NCBI GenBank assembly: GCA_964369695.1
Contig: CAYJGL010000001.1
Coordinates: forward strand, 123,450 to 187,449
From: an uncultured Clostridium sp.
GTDB lineage: Bacteria > Bacillota > Clostridia > TANB77 > CAG-508
DNA length: 64,000 nucleotides
Direction: 5' to 3'
Below the pieces are notes generated by a model. It ran no database searches. It was not told where the DNA came from and worked only from the letters and a program-made list of their open reading frames with translations. Positions 9,940 through 17,312 of this stretch are shown here, in pieces. A program made the translations under genes and the position numbers. Within the stretch, counting starts at the first letter, position 1; each line of letters opens with the position of its first letter.

Positions 9940-11412
9940 TTAATATTCTTCATCTGGTGAATATGTTTCTGGTGAATATGTTTCTGTCGAATATGTTTCT
10001 GAAGAAGTTTCTGGGAAATAAGTCCCATACGATTCTGTATTTTCATTATCTGGTACTGTATTTTCTGCAGAAGTGAAATTTTCTGAAATAGTATTTTGGG
10101 ATTCATATTGTTGATTTTCTATAATTGGATTTTGATATGTTTCATTTTCTATAATTGGATTTTGATATATTTCATTTTCTATAACGACATTTGTATTATC
10201 ATTATCTTTACTATCTGCTAAATTTTGTTCATATAATGTTCTAAATAACATTACTCCAATTCTTTGTTGAGCAGAAACCGTTGCAGCATAATCAAACCAT
10301 TGTTTAAAATTAAGATCACTATTGTATTTTTTTATAAAATCTCGTTCATTAAATTTTTCACTAGAATACATCAATTCACCAGTATTAGGATCTATTACTT
10401 CTAAATGTCTAGCATTTGTTGCTCCATTTATTAGTAAAGGATATGGCATTTTCTTTTTATCTGGCCAAAATTTCTTTTCTGTCTTAGTTTTATTTGCCAT
10501 AAAATAATATTCACTTAAAACAGGAATAATCCCATATTTTTTATCAAAAACTAAGGGAATAGAATATTGTGAAGGAGCTAATTTATTCTTTTCAGTAAAT
10601 ACATTTAAAACCCAACCATCAACACCAAGTGGGTCAGTTGGCTTGAGTTGAACTCCTTTAGATAACCACAACCATTGTCTAACATTGTGTTGAAGAGCAC
10701 TCACATTAGTTGCAGATTTAAAATTACCAAAAGTACCAACAGTCTTTTCATCTGTAGCTGCTTGCCATGGTGCTTTAATTTGCATATTTGCTCTGACTTG
10801 ATCTATGACTATGAAAGTAATTCTATGCATTGCTAAAAATTGTTTAGCCTTTGTTAACTGAAATGTTAATTCTCTTGCTTTATATCCTATAACTTCATTT
10901 GGGTCTTCGGCATTTAAATCTTTACTCGATGGAGTAGCAGCAATAGAATCCCAAACTACCAGAATATCATATTCTTTCTGAGTTTTAACTTCCATTTGTT
11001 TCTTTAAATCAGCAAGTTGTTCTATTACTTCAAATATTTCTTTAACATTCATAACAAAAGGTTTATATAAAAATCTTTCTCTATCAATACCAAAAGTTTC
11101 AATACGATCTTCAATATCTTTACTTTCGCCACCAGCTGCAGATTCTGTATCTAAATAAATAACACATGAATTTTCATGTATTTTTAAAAACTGAGAACAT
11201 AAATATAATGAACATGTTGATTTCCCAGTTTCTGGAGTACTAGAAAATGCAACAGGACAACTAGATGTTATTCCTCCACCTAATAGAGCATCTAAATGTT
11301 TAATTCCTAATGGAGTTATGCATGGATTAGGAGGTATATAACTTCCATATTTTTTTTGTAAAGTAATATCAAATGCTTTTGTGAGTATGGCGGCATGATT
11401 TTTTTCAGACAT
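9940..11412 (-). CDS. RecA/UvsX-family recombinase with repetitive acidic C-terminal tail
   Basis: LDALLGGG...STPETGKST (Walker A), ILVVWDSIAA (Walker B), FIVIDQVRANM (RecA INQIR-like). The tail has ENE(I/T)YQNPII and ETYSP repeats. Confidence 0.75.
   Translation of the reverse strand: MSEKNHAAILTKAFDITLQKKYGSYIPPNPCITPLGIKHLDALLGGGITSSCPVAFSSTPETGKSTCSLYLCSQFLKIHENSCVIYLDTESAAGGESKDIEDRIETFGIDRERFLYKPFVMNVKEIFEVIEQLADLKKQMEVKTQKEYDILVVWDSIAATPSSKDLNAEDPNEVIGYKARELTFQLTKAKQFLAMHRITFIVIDQVRANMQIKAPWQAATDEKTVGTFGNFKSATNVSALQHNVRQWLWLSKGVQLKPTDPLGVDGWVLNVFTEKNKLAPSQYSIPLVFDKKYGIIPVLSEYYFMANKTKTEKKFWPDKKKMPYPLLINGATNARHLEVIDPNTGELMYSSEKFNERDFIKKYNSDLNFKQWFDYAATVSAQQRIGVMLFRTLYEQNLADSKDNDNTNVVIENEIYQNPIIENETYQNPIIENQQYESQNTISENFTSAENTVPDNENTESYGTYFPETSSETYSTETYSPETYSPDEEY
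9956..10000. repeat. 15-bp tandem repeat x3 in the recombinase 3' end (ETYSP)n
   Basis: GGTGAATATGTTTCT x2, then GTCGAATATGTTTCT. Confidence 0.85.
10114..10185. repeat. 30-bp tandem repeat about x2.4 in the recombinase tail (ENE(I/T)YQNPII)
   Basis: ATTTTCTATAATTGGATTTTGATAT(G/A)TTTC repeated. Confidence 0.85.
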
Positions 11413-11437
11413 TTAAAGTATTCCTTTTTTGTTAAAA

Positions 11438-12010
11438 TTATAGTCTATACTTATCATCATCTTCTATTCTTGTCATAATATTTGATAATGAATTATTTTT
11501 AATTTCATTTTCAGTTTCATTTTTTAAACTTGATTTTTCTAGATTATTTAACATTTCAACTAGTCTTGCTGTATTTACCTCTTGAGATTTATCTTCTAAT
11601 CCTAATTTTGCTAATTCAATTTCAATATATCTTGCTTTTCTACAGATAAAATCAGACTGTTCTTTTCTATATCTAAATTTAACTTCCATAGCTTTAAGAT
11701 ATAAGCTTTCAAAAGTGGCTATTAATTCTAAACATTCATTTAATATTTGATAAAATTTTCCTCTCTGCCCAGGATTAGTTTCATTATTTATTAAATTTTT
11801 TAAATTATTAACTTGAGTTTGTAAACTAGAAATATAATCTTGTATTTGTATTAATCTTGTATCAACATGATTAATATCATTATTATAATTTGTTTTAATT
11901 TCAATGAAATCTTTACGATCATCACCAGGAGATTCTACAGTTGGTGTTTGAGTTATAAGATTATCTATCTGATTTTTATTATAACTTTTACTATAATTTT
12001 TATTATTCAT
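11438..12010 (-). CDS. Coiled-coil protein (190 aa)
   Basis: Heptad-rich sequence (LQTQVNNLKNLINNE...). No enzymatic motif. Confidence 0.7.
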   Translation of the reverse strand: MNNKNYSKSYNKNQIDNLITQTPTVESPGDDRKDFIEIKTNYNNDINHVDTRLIQIQDYISSLQTQVNNLKNLINNETNPGQRGKFYQILNECLELIATFESLYLKAMEVKFRYRKEQSDFICRKARYIEIELAKLGLEDKSQEVNTARLVEMLNNLEKSSLKNETENEIKNNSLSNIMTRIEDDDKYRL

Positions 12011-13271
12011 TATATTCTCCTAAGCCAGATAAAACTATTTTTAAAAATTCTTTTAATTGTTCAACAAATTTTACACCAGATAAATTAACAGAAGTTAGAG
12101 TTAACATATCAATGAACTCTCCTTTTGTTAATGAATTTGTAAATGTTATAGAAATATTATTCACAACATCATATAATATATCTTTATTCAAAACATTTTT
12201 AAATTTAAGATATAGTACATCTTTTACAGCTTCTTTTATCATTATTATATCATTGTCTAAAAAAGTTTTATTATCTGATATTATCTGAACAGATCTTAAT
12301 AATCTATATATTTGTGGTAACTTATATTTTATATTAGACATTTCTTTCATATCTGTATGGATTTTTAATAAAGAAATTTTATTATTATTAATATTAAAAT
12401 TACCATCTGTAATAGAATATAAATATAAGCGTTGTAATTCATTTGGGATTATCATATTTTTTATCATGTCATATTGATTATTTATCCGATTAAGAGCACC
12501 AGATTCACTACACATACTTTGTATTTGACTTAAATATAATGCTTCTTCATAAATTTTATATCGTTCGGACAATACTATATTATTATCATCAAGTATATTT
12601 GGATCTATATCACAATTTTTAACTCCTGAAATCTTATGTTTTAAATAAAAATATAAGATTTTACTAAACAGAGCTTCATAAAATTGATCAATATCTTCCA
12701 TTTCAAAAGGATTGAATTTGTATATTAAGTTATTAAAAAACATTTGCATAACATCATTTTTAATAATCATATTATCAGATTCATATAAATCTTTGTAAAA
12801 ATCTATAGCATGTGATACTTTATGTTCTATCTTAACATATGCATTTTTTAAATATCGATATATCAATCTCCTAGCTTTTATTAAGTGTTTTGAACATAAA
12901 TTTATTATATTTATAAAATAAATTCTTTCAATATATTCATTTTCTTTTAAATCAAGATGTTTCACATTATATCTTAAAAATAAATTAGAAACAATATACA
13001 ATATATATAATTGTTGTTCTGAAGTTGTTAATTTTAAAATATTAGGACAACTATAATTATATATTTTATCCAAAAAAGGACCCATAATTTCTTTAGATAT
13101 AGAATATTGTCCTTTTGTTTGAAATTTAACTTGTAATTTTATTATTTTTTGAATATGCGGTCCTATTTCAGATTCAAATAACTCATCTAGTGGTATAAAA
13201 TTAAATTTAATACAAATATCATTATTGTCTAATAAGGTGTTGTCAAAAATTTCATCAAATACATTTGACAT
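12003..13271 (-). CDS. Hypothetical protein (422 aa)
   Basis: Long ORF with GGAGGA SD; the SD and start lie inside a 10-bp inverted repeat (13272-13316). Confidence 0.8.
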   Translation of the reverse strand: MSNVFDEIFDNTLLDNNDICIKFNFIPLDELFESEIGPHIQKIIKLQVKFQTKGQYSISKEIMGPFLDKIYNYSCPNILKLTTSEQQLYILYIVSNLFLRYNVKHLDLKENEYIERIYFINIINLCSKHLIKARRLIYRYLKNAYVKIEHKVSHAIDFYKDLYESDNMIIKNDVMQMFFNNLIYKFNPFEMEDIDQFYEALFSKILYFYLKHKISGVKNCDIDPNILDDNNIVLSERYKIYEEALYLSQIQSMCSESGALNRINNQYDMIKNMIIPNELQRLYLYSITDGNFNINNNKISLLKIHTDMKEMSNIKYKLPQIYRLLRSVQIISDNKTFLDNDIIMIKEAVKDVLYLKFKNVLNKDILYDVVNNISITFTNSLTKGEFIDMLTLTSVNLSGVKFVEQLKEFLKIVLSGLGEYNE

Positions 13272-13316
13272 ATAAGATCCTCCATATAATAGTTAAATCC
13301 TTATGAAGGATCTTAT
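13272..13316 (-). promoter_or_regulatory. 10-bp perfect inverted repeat sequestering the SD/start of gene 12003-13271
   Basis: ATAAGATCCT (13272-13281) pairs with AGGATCTTAT (13307-13316). On the minus-strand RNA the downstream arm covers AGGA of the GGAGGA SD and runs up to the ATG at 13271. Confidence 0.45.
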
Positions 13317-13340
13317 ATCTTTATACTCTTGTTTATAAAT

Positions 13341-13628
13341 TTATGACTTAAATCGCAAAACAGATTTTCCATTAGGAGAGTTTAATGAATCATCTCTGGC
13401 AAACGAAGATTGATTTCCAAATCTCAAAACACTTCCACTATTTGAATTAAGATTACTTGAAACATCAAAATTTTTTGAAGTCCCATAATTTAAAACAGAA
13501 CCAGAACGAGTATTTATTTCACGACCACCATCATCTTGGTAAGATGGATATTTATCATTATACATTTCTGCACCATGAAAACCTTGCTGTTCAGTTAAAG
13601 CATCCATAACTAATTGATTAATGTCCAT
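13341..13628 (-). CDS. N-terminally tagged small protein (MDINQLVMDAL...)
   Basis: Track start 13637 sits directly on the SD; ATG at 13628 is 9 nt after GAGG. Three internal repeats: GSVLNYG / GSVLRFG / KSVLRFK. Confidence 0.7.
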   Translation of the reverse strand: MDINQLVMDALTEQQGFHGAEMYNDKYPSYQDDGGREINTRSGSVLNYGTSKNFDVSSNLNSNSGSVLRFGNQSSFARDDSLNSPNGKSVLRFKS

Positions 13629-13666
13629 AATTTTCATCCTCTAATGATATTATTGTTATTTTTTAT

Positions 13667-14566
13667 TTATTTTTTTAAATATAAATCTAATTTTTTCAAA
13701 ATAAATTTAGAACCTATATTTAAATCAATCACTCTTTGATTAATATTTGTGGGTAACTTCCAATATCTTAATATAGGACCACTACATAATCTTCCTATCA
13801 ATTCATATATTTTATCAATATAAACATCAGTATTTGTATCTCCAATTATACAAACATGGATAGCATCTGAAATATCAAATGGTTTTGTTTTAAAAAAAGA
13901 ATTATCTGATTTTTTGAGTTTTAAGTTATTTGAATTTATTAATTCTAATGCTTTATTTGTATTTATAGGATATTTCATATCTAATGGTCTTGTATTAAAT
14001 ATATAATATTGTCCTTCTATAATCTCAATACAATAATGCCATGGTAAAAAATCTACAATTCCCTTAGTATATATATTTTTATAATGATATTTTATTAAAG
14101 GTAAATTAAATTTAGAATTATCTAATTTAGGTTCAGGCATTGGAAATATAAGATTATTATAAGTATCTTCTATTATAATACCTTCTGGTTTTATTTGTAT
14201 CTTATTTGAACTATTAGAAGTATCAGATGCTGCTAATTCTGCTGGAGTTGGTTTTATTCTATTATATAATTCATCTTTATCTCTATTAAAAAGTTTATCT
14301 TTGACTGATTTTTTTACAATATCAGTTGTTATTTTTTTAGCTATGATAGTTGCACCAGCAGCAGCTATCATAGCTTCTGGAGAAGATGCTACAGTACTTG
14401 CAACTTTACCTGGAAGAGTCAATGCTGGTATAGTTGATTTTTTTCCAATATAATAAGCAGCTGATAATCCTAAACCACCAACAGTAGCAGCAACTGCATT
14501 TTGTTCTAATAGTACATTAGTTTCTTCAAAATCAAAAATAGATTTTTGTATTTTTGGAGTAGACAT
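13667..14566 (-). CDS. Membrane-associated protein with glycine-zipper N-terminal region (299 aa)
   Basis: AVAATVGGLGLSAAYYIG and AAAGATIIAKK segments. Lies directly downstream of the MreB-like gene. Confidence 0.75.
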   Translation of the reverse strand: MSTPKIQKSIFDFEETNVLLEQNAVAATVGGLGLSAAYYIGKKSTIPALTLPGKVASTVASSPEAMIAAAGATIIAKKITTDIVKKSVKDKLFNRDKDELYNRIKPTPAELAASDTSNSSNKIQIKPEGIIIEDTYNNLIFPMPEPKLDNSKFNLPLIKYHYKNIYTKGIVDFLPWHYCIEIIEGQYYIFNTRPLDMKYPINTNKALELINSNNLKLKKSDNSFFKTKPFDISDAIHVCIIGDTNTDVYIDKIYELIGRLCSGPILRYWKLPTNINQRVIDLNIGSKFILKKLDLYLKK

Positions 14567-14582
14567 TTTCTCTCCAATTAAT

Positions 14583-15686
14583 TTAATGTTTTAATGCTCT
14601 AATTAAACATCCTTCAGATACTGCTGTTAATGGATTATTAGCATGTCGTATTTCTGAAATTTCGAATGGAAATTCATATGAATTAAATTCATTTATAAAT
14701 ATGTCTAAAAATCCTTTAGCTTTTGATGTTCCACCACTAATAATGACTGGGATTTTGTCAGGAAAAGCTATATCTATCTTCTCTAATTTTTTAACTATAT
14801 GATCTATTGTATACTTTATTAAATCATTATAATAATAAGATAGTGCTTCTCTTATTCTTCTTTCTTTTTTATTAGAAGTTATAAAATTAGAAATATCAAA
14901 ATCATCTTTCTCTTTAACCAAAGTAACCCGATTACTGACTAATCCAGCAATATGAGATGACGTTTGTTCATCTATCCAATCACCTCCTCTAGCTAAAGAA
15001 AAATTAGAAACTTCTACTCCTTTAAATACGATTGCTATATTTGTCATACCAGCACCAAATGATATTCCAATACCAGTAAAATCTGAATTTTGACATTCAG
15101 AATAAATCAAAGAAACAGCTTCATATAATGGTAGAGGTTTATAATTTAATTGTTCAATTATTCTACTAAATACATTTTTATGAAATAAAACATTCATATC
15201 AACATCTATAGGATTAGCAGGTATACTATAACAACAAATAGAATTAGGATTAGTAGAATTTCCTATTAAAGCTCCTATAATAACTGATAATATATCTATA
15301 GAATCTATTTCTGAATTACTAATCATTCCTTTAGACATTGGTCTAGAAACTTGTTGTCCGAATATATTACCAAATATATAAGCATCTTCTGATAAAATAT
15401 ATGTACTGTCATCAATAACGGTATGAGAAATAGTACTCAAATCTCTTGTTCCTAACGAATCTGTATCTACTTTTAAAAAAACATTTCTAAAACTATGAGT
15501 AGATATTTTATTATCAGCTAAATTTTTTGCCATAACGATATTCATAGTTCCTATATCTAAACCTATATTATTAGATATAACAGAAGTATCTTCAACAGAC
15601 ATAAAATCAATCTCCTTTAATGATGTTATTAAACTCTCAACTACTAATCCTATTGAATATTCAAATTGATCATAATCCATATTCAT
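14583..15686 (-). CDS. MreB-like actin-fold (ASKHA) ATPase
   Basis: Phosphate-1 GLDIGTMNIV; phosphate-2 GISFGAGMTNIAIV followed by ARGGDWIDEQ (compare MreB RIGGDRFDEA); adenosine motif VIISGGTSKAKGF; C-terminal ANNPLTAVSEGC (compare MreB AEDPLTCVARG). Confidence 0.75.
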   Translation of the reverse strand: MNMDYDQFEYSIGLVVESLITSLKEIDFMSVEDTSVISNNIGLDIGTMNIVMAKNLADNKISTHSFRNVFLKVDTDSLGTRDLSTISHTVIDDSTYILSEDAYIFGNIFGQQVSRPMSKGMISNSEIDSIDILSVIIGALIGNSTNPNSICCYSIPANPIDVDMNVLFHKNVFSRIIEQLNYKPLPLYEAVSLIYSECQNSDFTGIGISFGAGMTNIAIVFKGVEVSNFSLARGGDWIDEQTSSHIAGLVSNRVTLVKEKDDFDISNFITSNKKERRIREALSYYYNDLIKYTIDHIVKKLEKIDIAFPDKIPVIISGGTSKAKGFLDIFINEFNSYEFPFEISEIRHANNPLTAVSEGCLIRALKH

Positions 15687-16189
15687 GTACTAATATTTAA
15701 ATGTTCGATTATTTCCTGTGTGTTTTTATGACATTGTGCTGATTTGATATCAACTATAACGGCTGTAGATATTTGATTTATATTTGGTATAAAACAATTT
15801 TCTTCTTTGATAGTCTTTTTAATTATATGATGTTTTGTTGGCACAACACAAGATGTAGTATCATATTCATTTTGATTAGAATGACATTCACATTCATGAT
15901 GAGGATGATGAGGATGATGATGAGGATGGTGAGAATGGTGATGGTGATGATATGGTGAAGTATGATGATGTAGATGATGATATGGTCTTGGGTGGTATAT
16001 ACCAGTAATATTTTCAACTATAAGTAATCTATTATTAAGCTCTGATAATTGACAAAGTATTCTTTCCATCAATTCTTGATTCTGTTGTCTATGTAAAATA
16101 TCATAGTGAAATTTACAATAACCATTTAATACGGATGGACTATCACAGTTTTTAAACTTGCATATACCTGCAGGGCATGCTTTGTTCAT
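15683..16189 (-). CDS. Cys-rich zinc-ribbon-like N-terminus plus histidine-rich tract protein
   Basis: CPAGICKFKNCDSPSVLNGYCKFH at the N-terminus, then HPRPYHHLHHHTSPYHHHHHSHHPHHHPHHPHHECECH. ATGA overlap with the MreB-like gene. Confidence 0.7.
   Translation of the reverse strand: MNKACPAGICKFKNCDSPSVLNGYCKFHYDILHRQQNQELMERILCQLSELNNRLLIVENITGIYHPRPYHHLHHHTSPYHHHHHSHHPHHHPHHPHHECECHSNQNEYDTTSCVVPTKHHIIKKTIKEENCFIPNINQISTAVIVDIKSAQCHKNTQEIIEHLNIST
15895..15985. repeat. Imperfect ATGATG/GTGATG microrepeats encoding a His tract
   Basis: GATGAGGATGATGAGGATGATGATGAGGATGGTGAGAATGGTGATGGTGATGA... Confidence 0.8.
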
Positions 16190-16446
16190 TATTCCCTCCT
16201 AGGTTGATTATATTTTCCTTCTTTTTTGGCTTTTCTTTCCATTTTATTAAGACGAGTATAGTAATCTGGTATTTCTGCTAAATGATCTTTTGCTATTTCG
16301 TCTGCTTTTTTAGGATCATTTGTATGTTCTTTTTCTACAGATCTTCCTATTTTCATTTGATTATTATTAAAAAATTTAGAATCAATATGTTGGTGTTTTC
16401 CTATACCTAAACTTTCTATAACTAAATTATTAATACTCATATTCAT
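16189..16446 (-). CDS. N-terminally tagged small protein (MNMSINNLVIESL...)
   Basis: 85 aa, AAGGA 7 nt before ATG, promoter-like motif about 50 nt upstream. Contains EKEHTNDPKKADEIAKDHLAEIPDYY. Confidence 0.7.
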   Translation of the reverse strand: MNMSINNLVIESLGIGKHQHIDSKFFNNNQMKIGRSVEKEHTNDPKKADEIAKDHLAEIPDYYTRLNKMERKAKKEGKYNQPRRE

Positions 16447-16497
16447 AATTATATCCTTAGTTCACTTTTTAAATATCTTAATTATCTTATATTTCAT

Positions 16498-16515
16498 TTA
16501 TATCTATATTTTTTT
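16498..16515 (-). promoter_or_regulatory. Promoter-like motif AAAAAAATATAGATATAA
   Basis: Identical 18-mer to the copy at 9075-9092, about 50 nt upstream of ATG 16446 in an 84-nt gap. Confidence 0.4.
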
Positions 16516-16530
16516 GTTTTATTTTAAAGA

Positions 16531-16755
16531 TCAATATTTATTTAAAATAGACTTATAATTTTGAACAGTATCTTCATCTTCATCTCTTTTAAAGCTAGGC
16601 ATATTATACTTTTTTTTAAAAAAACGATTAGAAGATTTTATTTTTTTACAATAATTATCAATATCAGTAAACGTTCCATTTATTTCTCCATCATATGCAT
16701 TGTCAAATACATATGATGGACTTATAGATTCATAAACTAATAAGTTTATATTCAT
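16531..16755 (-). CDS. N-terminally tagged small protein (MNINLLVYESI...)
   Basis: Track start 16767 is TTG and overlaps the upstream stop; ATG at 16755 yields the tag exactly at the N-terminus. Confidence 0.65.
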   Translation of the reverse strand: MNINLLVYESISPSYVFDNAYDGEINGTFTDIDNYCKKIKSSNRFFKKKYNMPSFKRDEDEDTVQNYKSILNKY

Positions 16756-16763
16756 AATACAAC

Positions 16764-17021
16764 TCAAACAAAGAAATCAGATGAATAATATGTAGGATGT
16801 CTTGATGACATATCTTTATTATACCTAAAACCAAAATCTTCAGAATTATCATCTTCTTGTATATTGTCAATTTCATCTAAATTTATATTTTCAATCATTT
16901 TTTTAAATTTATTAAATTCATTTAATGGTATTAAACAATGTTCATTTCCATTATAATAATGAGGTGGATTTGTTACTGTTTTTTGTATTAATATCTTGCT
17001 TATTTCTAGTAACTTTTGCAT
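16764..17021 (-). CDS. Hypothetical small protein (85 aa)
   Basis: ORF in tight operon spacing. Confidence 0.55.
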   Translation of the reverse strand: MQKLLEISKILIQKTVTNPPHYYNGNEHCLIPLNEFNKFKKMIENINLDEIDNIQEDDNSEDFGFRYNKDMSSRHPTYYSSDFFV

Positions 17022-17030
17022 ATTGAATCC

Positions 17031-17312
17031 TTATATTTGTAAATGTTGTTTTTCTAATTTTGTTCTATCAATATCATCATAAATAAATAAAAATTCAGTA
17101 CGTTCATTAGGATTTTCTTCATCTTCAAACATACCATATGGTTTTACACCCTTAAATGGACCTATATTTATTTTAAAATCTTTATGATTCATAAACCAAT
17201 CTTCAAGAATCTTATAATTATTGCTACTATTTTCTACTACAATGTAAGCATCGTCTTGATTAGGTTTCCAATATGTATTCATAAATGTTAAAATATCATT
17301 ATTCACAGTCAT
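17031..17312 (-). CDS. Hypothetical small protein (93 aa)
   Basis: ORF overlapping the end of the fibre gene by 14 nt. Confidence 0.55.
   Translation of the reverse strand: MTVNNDILTFMNTYWKPNQDDAYIVVENSSNNYKILEDWFMNHKDFKINIGPFKGVKPYGMFEDEENPNERTEFLFIYDDIDRTKLEKQHLQI

Noticed and set aside
8031-10185. Tandem repeats as a possible CRISPR array or satellite.
   Set aside because: The units are contiguous without spacers, 15 or 30 bp long, and in frame inside ORFs. No cas-like context exists except an isolated Cas4-family nuclease, and that family is widespread in phages.
13667-14566. C-terminal half (PWHYCIEIIEGQYYIFNTRPL...AIHVCIIGD) resembling an Amidase_2/PGRP N-acetylmuramoyl-L-alanine amidase.
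   Set aside because: Only two short strings match. The central zinc-ligand region (aHa.g.N) is missing, so I did not make the call.
15773-16017. Track ORFs 15773-15958 (+) and 15823-16017 (-) overlapping the His-rich gene, and 44001-44192 (-) and 44262-44498 (+) overlapping the second His-rich gene.
   Set aside because: They are artefacts of ATGATG/GTTGAT microrepeats that stay open in several frames. They have no SD and unrealistic composition.
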